Positions 37,480 through 49,891 of a stretch of DNA of 64,000 nucleotides are shown here, piece by piece (positions within the stretch are counted from its first letter, which is position 1; every line of letters begins with the position of its first letter). This DNA comes from Nemertoderma westbladi (lineage: Eukaryota; Animalia; Xenacoelomorpha). Under the pieces are notes generated by a model that saw nothing but the letters and a program-made list of their open reading frames with translations, made no database searches and was not told where the DNA came from. Where the stretch lies: contig JAUCBJ010003593.1 of assembly GCA_032718475.1 (NCBI GenBank), positions 3,207-67,206 on the forward strand, given 5' to 3'. A program made the translations under genes and the position numbers.

Positions 37480-38520
37480 TATTTAACAGAATAGAATGGT
37501 TCAGTGAATTAGATGTGCACCTATAGCTACATTATCACCCTTATTGAGACTACCCGATCCCGAGTCCGGTGTCCGAGTTCGCTCAACCTAGTAGTAGTAG
37601 TAGTATTGAGACTACTATGCCATATAGCGGTGCATATTATAGCGTACTTAGTGGAGTACGACTTATGAAATCCAAATTGTGTATTATTTAACAGATTGTA
37701 TTTATTTAGATATTGTATTATTTGAATGTAAAGTACTTTTTCGAATATTTTGTCAAAAGTGGATGTCTATAGATCGATAATTTTCTGGATCATCGATTTC
37801 TCCCTTTTTAATTTCGGCAAATTTTAATTTATGAGGAAATACTGAGCGAGTAATATATTGATTTATTATATGAGTGAGTAGGAATACTACTTTTGGAAAA
37901 AGCAATTTTATTATTCAAGGGAGTATAGATGATGGACCTGAGGATTTGTTGCAGTTCAAATAATTTATTATCCATTCCACTGAAAAAACATCCATATTTT
38001 TGAAACTAAAATCTACATTTAAGGGTATATTTATTTTTGCATAATTTTGAATATTGGTTTTAACATTTGAGATACCAGAAAATTTACCCATACCTATATA
38101 AGTTGAGTTGAAAAGATTTGCAATTCCAATTTTATCGCCTATGAATTTTTTATTTTTATCATGTTTGTCAGTCAGTTCGGTGATTTTCCGCATTTTTATT
38201 TAAGATACTATTGATGATTTTCCAGTTATCTCTTGGCGATCTTGCTCCATTACATTTGTTTTTAGTGTACAAGTTTTTTTACCTGTCTGTTGAGAGAATT
38301 AAACCTATTTCGACTGGACTTAAATTTGGAGAAATTTTCATTTGTTTTGTTGTTGCGCCATTATAAATAATTGTTTTTTTAACGTTACTTAAGTTTTGCA
38401 ATTTATCGTTCCACCAGGGAGGCTGCAATATTTTTTAGAATTTTTAGATGGAGATGTTAATTTTCGACATGTCGGTGCATGCTTAATTAGGACCTTTTCA
38501 ATTTCGTTTTCGAAAATCGT
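37480..38520 (-). mobile_element. Degraded L2/CR1-like LINE ORF2 fragment (copy B)
   Basis: QPPWWNDK and NCNKSSGPSSI motifs of the region N-terminal to RT; paralogous to 49359-49891 + 54220-54530. Confidence 0.6.
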
Positions 38521-38804
38521 AGGGCGCTCCACATAATTAGGCTATCTGTATTAGTTACAAAGAATAAAAGGTAACAGGAGATAATATTAATCTTTCTTAA
38601 AACGTTTACTAGAACATATCTATTACTTGAACTAAATGCTCGAAGCCAAACAATATCAAGCAGTTCTATTTAAGACACAAAATAGAGTATCTCATGTTTC
38701 CTCAAAACTAGAATGTCAAGCTAAAAATTTAACCTGTAATAAGTTTCTTGATAGGTCGCAGAAATGGCAGATATCTTTTACTTTAAGTAAATTATATAAC
38801 TTAC

Positions 38805-38961
38805 AGATCTCATAGCATCCAATAGAGTTTACATTGAATTTCTTCCCATGTTGTGGATCGAACATAACCACTGTAATTTTTATACCAACAACATCTCCTA
38901 TAACTTCGTGTAGTTGGACTTCGACTGTGTCCATACCAGGAGGAGGGGCTACAGTGTAAAC
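38805..38961 (-). CDS. Exon 11: C-terminal third of discoidin/FA58C-like domain, copy B (VYTVAPPPGMDTVEVQLHEVIGDVVGIKITVVMFDPQHGKKFNVNSIGCYEI)
   Basis: Acceptor GTTTAG, donor GTAAGT, phase 0-1; terminal GC motif; duplicate of exon 7. Confidence 0.88.
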
Positions 38962-39176
38962 CTAAACAAAATATACCGAATGTATCAGGCTGGTTCATGT
39001 CATAGTTTACTGTGCATGCATTGCGATTTACACACGTGGAAGCGAGTTTGCGACTATAAAAAATTTATATCTCACAGCGGTTTTTTTTATTTCTAAATAA
39101 TATAATATTGTACCTTTAATCCCACAAATGTGATCTACCTGACAAGATGTAACTATAGTAACTGTGTTGCACATAC

Positions 39177-39342
39177 CTTTACAGACTGAAGGTAAGACTC
39201 TGGATTTTGTGGGTCATCTTGATGAATAATGTGTGTGGGGGGACTATCTGAGCTCAACTCGAATAATCCTTCAGACTCAACAGTCTGTACAGCAATGGTC
39301 ACTTTCAGTTCTTGTTCTCTGTCATCCAGTTTAAAGTAAAAT
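39177..39342 (-). CDS. Exon 10: middle of discoidin-like domain, copy B (RFYFKLDDREQELKVTIAVQTVESEG...YLQSVK)
   Basis: Acceptor AAACAG, donor GTATGT, phase 2-0; duplicate of exon 6. Confidence 0.85.
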
Positions 39343-39489
39343 CTGTTTTGGGAAAGAAAATATTTCCTCTCAATATAAACTAAAATGATTGTTGTGAAAA
39401 TGTAATTTGGCTCTGTCAATGATATCTTAATGCTATTACTGGAATTAAAATAAGTAAGGATTATAAAACATTGGTGATTTAGTCACATT

Positions 39490-42400
39490 AGTGATTGGTG
39501 ATATGTCACAAGGGATCAATGAGATGTCATATACATACCTATCTTTCCGCCAGGAAAGACCAGATTGACCATGTTAATGCCGCCCAAGTGCAGTCTAGCT
39601 ATCAGGTGGGAATAAACTCAAACGCTATTAATACGTTGCTCCGCCGTGCAGTGACATCCCAGCTACGTGAGGCGCCAAGGAATCTAATACTACAAGGTAT
39701 ACCTGAAACCCCACACGAGTCAGTAGAGAATGCGGTTATGAAGTTTTTTTGCACAGCTACTTTCAATAACAGTAGAGGAAGCAAATATCTCCTTGGGAAT
39801 CGAGATAACCACACGTTTGGGTCGTTTTAATTCACTACGTGGTCATCCTATAAAGGTCGTTTTTCTACGTTTACGCAGCCGGGACCGGGTATGGATCACC
39901 CAGTCCCGGCTATCGATCACTATTACTGGATGATATCCGACAAGCAGGTCTGATCTGCCAACCAGGTCTGATCTGCCAACCAGGTCTGATCTGCCAACCA
40001 GGTCTGATCTGCCAACCAGGTTGCGCCACTGACCAGGTATGCACCACCGATCAGATTTGTGCTACCAGTGAGGTCTGAGTTGCCGACCACATCGTTTGAT
40101 CTGCCCACTAATGGTGATCCACCAACCCAGGCGATGTATAGGAGTAATACATCCGCATCTCCATGGAGTGTGGTGGCTGTCTCACACCTATCTCAGCCAG
40201 TGTCTAACTCTAGTGATCCTCCAGTACCACCTGGACCTACTATTGCTGTCGTTAGCGAGATGAGTAGTATTGTACTTGATAACATAGATAACAAGGTGTT
40301 AGATACTGATAAAGCAGATGTCACACTAGGGGTGGGTAGTATGAATGGCGAGTGGTGCATGGTTAAAGGGGGAAAACGTAGTTATGTTACCCGCAATAGT
40401 ATTGGTAACATACACACTACCACTAAGTTTAAAAGTGGATCTGGGTTAGTATATAACCAGTATGATCCACTGAGAAGTCGGGATGCATCCCCATCACTAC
40501 ATATTGTTTTTAACCCTGTTATGTCAGTTGATGGGAACCTGCACCCAGTACTGAAATATTGTCCTGCAATCTGGATGTAACTGGAGTTAGCTGTGAGGTT
40601 ACTGGAGGCACAAGTAACACAAATTAATTCTACGGAGGCTCATAAACTGCCTCCATGGGTTATTTGGAATGATAAATTGAAAAGTCCTTATAAGGTTGAA
40701 CTAAGGTCTTTTCAAACAGCATCAGAAATAAATGCTGTAGGAGATGGCATTACGGGTGTGGTATTGTCTCCTGCTGAGATAGAGGCAGCAGCGAAAACAC
40801 TAAACTGTTTATTTTATAGATTAACAGAAAATCTACAAAAGAGTAGTAAGTATATCAGGTTATTGTCTGAAAAGAATGGGGCTGTTTGGTTTAACGAGGC
40901 ATGCATGGAAGCCAAAGTGGTGTTTCAAGGGGGGCTTAAAAAGTGGAGAGAAAAGTGGGATGAGGTTAGCCTTAATTTGCTACAGGATAAACGTAAACAA
41001 TACAAGTGCGCATTAAGGAGGGCGAGAATCAAGTATTGTATGCGGCAGTCTGAACGAATTGCATCGTTTTATAAAGGGAATTTTAAAAAGTTTTGGAAAA
41101 CACTTCAAAGTGTGGGCGTTACAAATAGACAAGAACTATCAGAACCATCACCTTTTGATGTTGAGCAACATTTTCGAGAACTATCTGGAAGTGTGTCTGA
41201 TTTCGAGGACATGGGGGGGGGGGGGGGGGGGGAGTCCTACAGTAAATATAGGAGTTGTAGAAAGTAAGTTTTACTTTGAATCTATCTTAGGGCAGCCATT
41301 CACTGAACAAGGAGTCACTGGAGAGTGCCCTCATTTGAAGCAGGGTAAAGCCCCAGGCATTGACAATGTGTTAAGTGAATTTCTGATTCAAGGTACCGCG
41401 GAGTTACTATAATTACTAGTATTTTTAATGCCATGCTCTATACAGGGCACTTTCCCAGCCAATGGTCTTTGGGGGTGATTGTGCCGCTTTACAAAAAGAA
41501 AGGAAATAAACTTTATCCCGGTAATTATAGAGGTATAACTTTGTTAAGTATAATTGGAAAAATTCTTACATCACTGCTAAACAATCAGTTACATTAGTGG
41601 GCAGGATGTTTTGGAGTTGTTATCGAGGAGAAAGCCGGGTTTAGGCCAGGATACTCAACTTCTAACCAGATGTTCGTATTAAACTCATTGATCAAGCAAT
41701 ATGTACAAAATGGAGGTAAACGATCTGCTTTTTTGTGGGTTTATAGTCTTTAAGAAAGCCTTCGATTCCATTGATAGGGATGCGCTTTGGCTAAAGCTGA
41801 TTGTTTGGGGTTTTCTGGAAATTTTCTAAAGTTAATCAAAAGTATTTACACAAATGTTAGGTCATGTGTTCGAAAAGGTGACGATCTATCTAGTGAGTTT
41901 TGTTGCTTATTAAGTGTAAGACAGGGTGATTGTTTATCACCGTCATTATTTGCAATTTTCTTGAACAATCTGGAAAGTGAGTTAGCAAATAGTCCAATGG
42001 AATGTGTGTTACTTGAGAGTATGTATTTACTTCTTTATACGGATGATGTCGTACTGCTAGCGCTTACAGCTGAGGACCGACAGTCCTACAAGCGGCACTA
42101 ATTTGTCTGGAGCAGTATTGCGCTTATTGGAGCTTAACCGTCAATGTTGGCCAATCGAATGTTGTGGTCTTCAGAAAGGGTGGGCGTTTACCAAAGGGTA
42201 CTATATTGACTTACAAAGGTAACAAGTTAAAATTGGTTAATGACTATACTTATCTAGGTATCGATTTCTTGTCAACTGGGAAATTTAATTTGGCTCAATC
42301 AGTTCTGGCTGAACGTGCTAGCAAAACTCTATTTGCACTGTGACAATACTTCACTTGCTTTCCAATTTTAATGTTCAGTTTGAAGCGATTCTTATTCAAT

Positions 42401-43590
42401 ACATTATTAGTTAAACCCATCCTACTCTACGGGTCCGAAGTCTGGGGTTTCAAAGCAGGGTTGGATACAGAAAGAATTAATCTTGGTTTCATTAAGTTTT
42501 TTTTAGTAAAACAATCAACATCGAACTTTGCAGTGTATGGGGAGGAATCAGGTATGTTTCCCCTTGAGAATGGTAGGAAAATTCGAATAATAAAATTCTG
42601 GATCAAAATCCTAAAAATGCCGGAGAATAGGTTGATTAAAATAGCATACAAACTGCTGGTTAATAATGTGGAAAATGGAGTTACGACCAATTGGGCGTCG
42701 CGTGTTAGAGACTTACTAAATGAAACCGGCTTTAATGGTGCGTGGAATAGACAATCAGTGGAACAGGAAAAAAAATCATAAGTGCTTTATAGGATTCGTA
42801 CTAGGGACATTTGGGTGCAACAGTGGTGGAGTTCAGTGGATGCATCGCCAAAGGGTGAAATGTACATGAAAGAGGTGTTTGTGATTAAGCCATATCTAGA
42901 TCTCCTTAAGAAGATCTCCACGTGCAGTTGCGGCGCGCCATATCACGCATATGTAGTTTATCTCATCATCTAGCTGTAGAAACCGGGCGTTGGTTCCTGG
43001 TACCACGTAGTGATAGAATATGTCTGGTATGCGATAGAAACTTGATAGAAAATGAATCGCACTTATTGCTAGGTTGGCTGGCCTATTCTGGTCCCATCCG
43101 CACTAGGTATCTGGGAGGGTATTTTTCTAGTAATGCAACAGTGGAAAAGCTTAGGGTTTTGTATAATTGAATTAGGGGTAGTAATGTGCAAAAAGCACTT
43201 AATTTGGGTAATTTTATTGTTTCGGTATTTAAAAAAAGGGAACAGCTGTTAGGCAGCTCAATGGTAAATTAAAGCAGGAATAAATTGTGTTCCTTGAACG
43301 CCTCAGTTAATTTGTCTCCTTTTAATGTAATTTTTATTTTCACTATATTTTGTTCTGGTGTTTAATAATATAATGTTGATTTTTGAATTTGAAATGACTG
43401 TGGTGTCGCATAATACATTTACTTTAATTTACATTTCTTGTAGATTTATTGTCTGTCATTCTAAGTGCCACTCTCTTTCTTACATTTTACTGTTATTGTG
43501 CAAATGAAAGTTTCTTTTGGTGCTGCCGACTAAGGCATTAATTTGCTACAGTTGTAATGAATAAATATAAGAATTGTATAAAAAAATAGT
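39490..43590 (+). mobile_element. Degraded RTEX-like LINE (ORF1 remnant, endonuclease deleted, RT and C-terminal Cys/His motif)
   Basis: RNLILQGIPE (ORF1-like), GKAPGIDNV, NYRGITLLS, KKAFDSI, VRQGDCLSPSLF, LLYTDD, KPILLYGSEVWG, HLAVETGRW..PRSDRICLVC...IENESHLLL; A-rich tail; many stops and frameshifts. Confidence 0.85.
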
Positions 43591-43936
43591 TAATAAGTAA
43601 ACAGGACAATCAATCAAGCAAACATTAGGCCTAATCTAAACTGTATGGTATAGTACAGTACATAAAACGGAAGTACTATACACCTATAATAGCTTCAAAA
43701 TAGTTTGCAATCTTTTTCTGGTATTACAAATCGCTGATTTGCAAATAACTATAACGAATATTATTATGGAATATTTTTTAGTACCTGAGTACAGTATTAT
43801 ACTAGAGTGGCAGCACATCTGTAAGACATTGTATCATTGCGATGCTCGCATTGATAACACAATGCTTCCAATGGTTATTATTTCATATATAAGCTAATAA
43901 TTTTTTATCTTTTATTAATTACAAAAGTTTATTTAC

Positions 43937-44093
43937 CTGGAGAGGAAACTAGCTGTATCTAGAGTAATAAATATTGAGGTCATATCCCCGTTGGGTTCAA
44001 AACCCGATCCGTCCAATGAGGCATCTTCTATTGGGGCCCCATTGGAATGATAGGCTGCCACAGGCAACGTCTCCTCAGAATTATCACAATAGT
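43937..44093 (-). CDS. Exon 9: N-terminal third of discoidin-like domain, copy B (DYCDNSEETLPVAAYHSNGAPIEDASLDGSGFEPNGDMTSIFITLDTASFLS)
   Basis: Acceptor ATTTAG, donor GTAAAT, phase 1-2; duplicate of exon 5. Not in the ORF track. Confidence 0.85.
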
Positions 44094-44354
44094 CTAAATG
44101 TAAAAATAATAAGTTCTGAAGAGAATTAGAAGTAAAGACTACTGTAATTGTTTTAAGGAGTGATGTAGGTGAGTTTGCATCGCAACAGAGGTTAATGGGT
44201 CAAATTTAATATTATTATTATGATTTTATTTATTATCATTTACATTTAAAGTACTATAAATAATTTAAAGGTCACTCGATTCAGAATGCTGGAAAATCAC
44301 CATCGCAGAAATCACCATGCACTCAAAATTGGTTGCATGAGTTAGTTATTGACG

Positions 44355-44712
44355 AATCACGAATGGTAGAGGAGTCCCGAAAATATCACTGGGTAACTAC
44401 AAAATGAGACCTACACTCCCATTGTATTACAAACAAATCAGGTGAAGAGGTCGTTACACAACATGCTACTGTTTCCAGTTGGGTAAACAGAGTGGTCTTG
44501 TTAGATGGAATACTAAACGGCAGCAAACTGTTGCACTTTCTAGTAGTGGAGGCCAAGTACATGGCTATCAGTGGTGTGGGACAGGAATCATTATAGCTAT
44601 GAACTCTACTTTCTGACATGGGATATATGCAACGATCACCTACTGGATTGTTGGTCGATAATCAAGGTGCTATCAGGATGGTGGGTAATCCTATATTACA
44701 CAAGCTCATGTG
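44355..44712 (+). mobile_element. Ty1/copia pol (RT end + RNase H) fragment, copy B
   Basis: PRKYHWVT, WNTKRQQTVALSS.EAKYMAI, DNQGAIRMVGNPILH. Confidence 0.85.
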
Positions 44713-44758
44713 TTAGTAACCCTAGTTGTTTCATATATTATTTTTTATGTTAATTTAC

Positions 44759-44983
44759 CGCATTCAGTTGGTTCATCAATACAGTTCTCGCATTGGCAGA
44801 CTCCATCGCATTCTGGTGCGCAAGTACCATCGCCACAGGGAACCTCTCCTGGCACACATGTTGGCGCTTCCGTAGGTCCTAGTGTAGGTCCTACAGTAGG
44901 TCCTGGTGTAGTTCCTCCAGTAGGTCCTAGTGTAGGTCCTACAGTAGGTCCTGGTGTAGTTCCTCCAGTAGGTCCTGGTGTAG
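44759..44983 (-). CDS. Exon 8 (chimeric): TPGPT-rich linker + LDLa-like module (TEAPTCVPGEVPCGDGTCAPECDGVCQCENCIDEPTEC)
   Basis: Acceptor TTGTAG, donor GTAAAT, phase 1-1. The 5' half matches the start of exon 12 and the 3' half matches exon 4. Confidence 0.92.
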
Positions 44984-46164
44984 CTACAATAAAAATAAAC
45001 AAGATGTAGATATAGAGAAAAATTTGGTGCTAGCACCAAATTTTGCACCCACTTCCGAAAAATACAAGTTTGAGATCTCTAGTTAGATATATATTTATTC
45101 CAATGAATTCAGAACCCCCCATAAACCTGTAAAATGTAAAAATGCTAGAAATAAGTTGTCACAATCAATTGAACAATCAATTCAAAATTTCGTGCTGGCA
45201 CCAAATTTTGAGCACAGCACCAAAAATACAAGTTTGATAATCTTAATAAAAAACAAGTTTCAGAGTTATACCAAAAAACTAGGGTGGAGGGGGGGGGGGG
45301 GGGGGGGGTATAATTGACACCTTCCCCCGGGTTTGATAGTGTTAAAAAAAGGCAATAAGAATTACTTGACAAATTAGCCTGAAGTATTACGTAACTTAAG
45401 GGGGGAGGGGGTGTCAATCATACCCCCCCCCCCCACCCCGTAAGTCAACCTAAATTTATTCACGTTTAATAAATAAATTTAGAAACAATCGAAAATAATG
45501 ACGAAGTTAGATTCCTGATCCTTTTGTTTTATTAACTATCCTTAAGGCATAATTTTGAATTTTCTCGAGATTATATAAGGTTGTTTTAAATCCGTGGTTA
45601 TTGTGTGTGCAGACCCACTAGTAACTCGCATCAGTAGTTATGGTAAAGTAATATTGTTGTTTTGTAGATGTTTAATTTTGTTTTAGTTGTCAATTGTCCC
45701 TTAATCTGACGTAGGCCGGAGATAGCGTGGGACATTTTATTAGATATTGTTTGTATATTTTCCCTCCATTCCAGTTTATTGTAAATACATATCGTCGGTA
45801 ATTCGACAAAACCCCCTAAGTCGATTTTTTTAGTTTTGACAAAAACGAAAAAAATTTAATATTTTAAAAAATCTTGAGTAATGCGATTTAATTTTTGACT
45901 AAATATTATCTAAAATAGCGTATAATATGTTTGGGCAGATATTTTTAGAGGTAGATCGCATTTTCGACCATTTAATTTGATACACTGTTGTATTGCCAGA
46001 TTGGGAAACCCAATAGTTAGCATACAATTAAGGGGGGTTATCTTTGACATGTGGGATTTTATCATAATACAGTCTGTCCCATAAAATGACTTATTAGTGG
46101 GTCTAAGGTTCCAATAAAGCAAAGCTCTTATATTAGAAACACTGTAATATTACAATTATTTTTA

Positions 46165-47255
46165 TAACTACTACTTCTACTATCGGCATGCTGCATTGCA
46201 ATTGCATTATATATATATATATTACATATATATTAAGAATGCTGTGATATCTTTTCAATAAAATTGCGCCGCCCTGCCACAACTCCCTATCACTCATGAC
46301 ATTTGCTAGATAATCTGCATCTTCAAAGCCAGTGTCCTTTAAGATGCGTCTCAAGAAAGTCGTGGGCTGTCCACCATGCTTATTCACTCCATGAGGCCGC
46401 CAAAGCACAAGATTATATGCACTGGCTGGTCCTCACGGCAAAAGAATATCCTGCAAAGCGGAGGCGACTTTGTTCTAGTGTCAAGCTTGGAGGAACCAAC
46501 GAGACACCTCCAATGTTATATATTGTCTAGTTGGAAATGTGTTTATTGTATTTGACACAGTGAACCCGACGTAGCATTCTTCTGAATGTGCCACCCAGAG
46601 ATTTGGTGTCCTCAGCAGTTAGAGCCCAGCATGGACTCCCATAGAGGATTACTGGAACTACTGCTGCTCTAAATAATCGGACCTTAAGTTTCCGATGTAA
46701 TCTGTGTGACTACCAAATCCTGGAAAGCCCATTCATTGCTGCCCATGCCTTTCCCTTCCGCATTCGAAGGTCCTCATCTGACTTCTGGATCCATGATCCC
46801 AGGTAACAGAAGTCGTCCACATGCTAAAGCATACCATCCTTTGAGCTTATGCTCATACGATCACATATTTCCTGAGGACTTTCAAAGTTAACTGTCAAAG
46901 ATAATATTAATCTTTCTCAAAGTTAACTGTCAAAATTTTGGTCTTCTTGGAATTAACAAAGAGACCAACACTAGAAGCAGCCTGTTCTAATGAGCTGAGG
47001 AGCCGTTCGGCTCCTTCTAGTGATTCTGAGAGTACTCCTAAGTCAGCAGCAAAGTCTAGATCAGTTAGGTACTTGGCCCCATATAATGAAGGTATGCTGA
47101 ACAAAATATACATGAGCAAGAGACTGAATCAAAGGCCTTGAAAAAGTCAACAAAGATAACAGCCAGATGTCTGTCTTTCTCTTTTGACAACTCTTCAATT
47201 ATCCTTCTATGTGCAAAAATGGACTCCATGGTCCCACAAACTTTACGGAACCCGA
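46165..47255 (-). mobile_element. Older rearranged RTE fragments (same family as 35708-37443)
   Basis: WRPHGVNKHGGQP, KYLTDLDFAADLG, TAG-rich tail at ~46168; internal deletions and a short duplication at ~46885-46935. Confidence 0.9.
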
Positions 47256-47256
47256 A

Positions 47257-48410
47257 ACATCTCCAGCTATACTCACTACTGGTTGAACATATTCAGCTAC
47301 ACTCACTATGTGTTGAACATCTCCATATAACTCTACTACTACTACTACTAGGATCGGCATGCTGCATTGCAGCTGCATTTTTAAGAATGCTGTGCCGGCT
47401 TGTCAACAAAATTGCACCGCCCCAACTCCCTATCACCCATGACATTTGCTAGATCATCCGCATCTTCAAGGCCAGTGTCCTTTAAGATGCGTCTCAAGAA
47501 AGTCATGGGCTGTCCACCATGCTTATTCACTCCATGAGGCTGCCAAAGTACAAGATTATGCACTGGCTGGTCCTCACGGCGAAAGCAATGTCCTGCAAAG
47601 CGGAGGCGATTTTGTTCTAGTGTCAAGCTTGGGGGAACCAATGAGACACCTCCAATGTTATATAGTGTCTGGTTGGAGATGTGTGCATTGTACTTGACAC
47701 AATGAACCCGGCGTAGCATTCTTGTGAATGTGCCATCCAGAGATTTGGTGTCCTCAGCAGTTAGAGCCCAGCATGGACTCCCGTAGAGGAGTACTGGAAC
47801 TACTGTTGCTCTAAATAATCGGACCTTAAGTTTCCGATTAATTCTCGGTGACTTCCAAATCCTGGAAAGCCTATTCAAGGCTGCCCATGCATTTCCCTTA
47901 CGCATTCGAAGGTCCTCACCTGACTTCCGGATCCATGATCCCAGGTAACAGAAGTCGTCCACATGCTCAAGCATACCATCCTTTGAGCTTATGCTCATCC
48001 GTTCAGAGACTTGCTGAGGACTTTCAAAGTTAACTGTCAAAATTTTGGTCTTTCTGGAGTTAATAAAAAGACCAACACTAGAAGCAGCATGTTCTAATGA
48101 GCTGAAGAGCCGTTGGGCTCCCTCTAATGATTCTGAGAGTATTCCTAAGTCATCAGCAAAGTCTAGATCAGTTAGGTACTTGGCAGGATTTCCTCGACTT
48201 CTGGAGCCAGTAGGTGGAGTTATATCATCACCCCATCATCATTATGATGATCTAAGGACAGGATCTCCATATAACTCACTACTGGATGAACATCTTAATC
48301 TATACTACTGCTGGTTGAACACCTCCAGCTACACTCACTATCGGTTGAACATCTCCAGCTACACACACTACTGGTTGAACATCTCCAGCTAAACTTACTA
48401 CTTGATGATA
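47257..48410. repeat. ~30-bp minisatellite (AACATCTCCAGCTACACTCACTACTGGTTG) split by an RTE insertion
   Basis: Units at 47257-47333 and 48263-48410. Confidence 0.8.
47334..48262 (-). mobile_element. 5'-truncated RTE LINE with (TAG)n tail and 15-bp TSD
   Basis: Near-identical to 36525-37443; TSD ATCTCCATATAACTC at 47319-47333 and 48263-48277. Confidence 0.95.
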
Positions 48411-48939
48411 TATACAGTACTATAAAGAAACTTGTAAATGGATCCAAACCCCCCCCCCCCCCCCCCCCCAGATTATTGCCAAAGGATAAAATAAGCTTTG
48501 CAATCGTTCCAGCTATTAAAATATACTGTGAGGTGTTGACTATGACTAATACCGTAGGCCTACTTCAAAACCCCCTCAATTATTTCAAGGCCAATTCCTA
48601 TCATATGGGGCATTTCGGGGGTTTTGTCAGAACGAATCATAAAAAGTTTAATTTAACTAATGAGAAACCCCTAATATCTAATTTAAGGGGTTTTATCAGA
48701 AATCAAATCCCATATTGAAGGTGCTTAAACAGAGTTTTTTTCTACTTAGGGGGATTTAACAGATCAAGCGATTTTTTGACGGGATCTTATCTTGCGTTTT
48801 TCTCGGTTATTAACGCTGTTTTAACTTCTGGGGTTTTGTCAGAAGGTGGATATCAATCTAAGGTACCACCGGAATCACCAAAAACCTGAAAATGGCTAAA
48901 AATCTACTTAAGGGATTTACCAAATTACCCACGATATTC

Positions 48940-49891
48940 CAAGATATTTTATGTGATCTGTTTGTTTACTATGATTTTGGAATTATTTGAAAGGTCTAGG
49001 GGGTAATTGAATCAATTTCGGGTGTTCGGGATGTGGGTGATAGCAACATAAATTATGTTTTTTTTAATGAAAGATGCACCGATGTGAAGATATTTTCTAG
49101 TTGATTTATGTGTTGTAATGTAAAATTTACAGATTGTTGGCTATTTTTATGTGTGCAGCAGTAGATTAGTGTGTCATCGGGGAACTGTATTATTTTTAGA
49201 TTAGTTGCAGATACTAACGAATTTACATACAGGAGGAAGATAATTGGCCCTAGAAGCGTCGTACCCTGTGGTATCCCGTGTGATATTTGTTCCTGTGGTC
49301 TGTGGAGGAGATTGACTCTTTGGTATCGGGGTTAAAGAAAACTGCTTATCATATATACTAACTGCAGTATTGTGAAAGTTGAATTCTAATAACTTATTTA
49401 ACAGAATAGAATGGTTCAGTGAATTAGATGTGCACCTATTGCTACATTATCACCCTTATTGAGACTACTACGCCACGTATTGGTAGCATATTATAGCGTA
49501 CTTAGTGGAGTACGACTTATGAAATCCAAATTGTGTATTATTTAACAGATTGTATTTATTTAGATATTGTATTATTTGAATGTAAAGTACTTTTTCGAAT
49601 ATTTTGTCAAAAGTGGATGTCTATAGATCTATAATTTTCTGGATCATCGATTTCCCCCTTTTTGTACACCGGTGTAATTTCGGCAACTAAAATCTACATT
49701 TTTGGGTATATTGATTTTTGCATAATTTTGAATATTGGTTTTAACATTTGAGATACCAGAAAATTCACCCATAGCTATATAAGTTGAGTTGAAAAGATTT
49801 GCAATTCCAATTTTATCGCCTATGAATTTTTTATTTTTATCATGTTTGTCAGCCAGTTCGGTGATTTTCCGCATTTTTATTTAAGATACTA
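48940..49891 (-). mobile_element. Degraded L2/CR1-like LINE RT fragment (copy A; continues at 54220-54530 beyond the CRE-like insertion)
   Basis: Minus strand reads QISHGIPQGTT.LGPIIFLLYVN...IIQFPDDTLIY. Confidence 0.75.

Larger units (their letters stand above)
45793..48933. mobile_element. Putative non-autonomous DNA transposon (Sola1-like: ATAT TSD, imperfect ~37-bp TIRs) with nested RTE copies
   Basis: Left: ATAT|CGTCGGTAATTCGACAAAACCCCCTAAGTCGATTTTT. Right end, reverse-complemented: ATAT|CGTGGGTAATTTGGTAAATCCCTTAAGTAGATTTTT. Subterminal GGGGTTTTGTCAGAA motifs. Confidence 0.5.

Noticed and set aside
45140-45450. piggyBac-like TTAA-ended MITE termini; also a TA-ended terminus at ~35420-35670
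   Set aside because: Only one convincing end in each case, with no matching TIR and TSD pair found.
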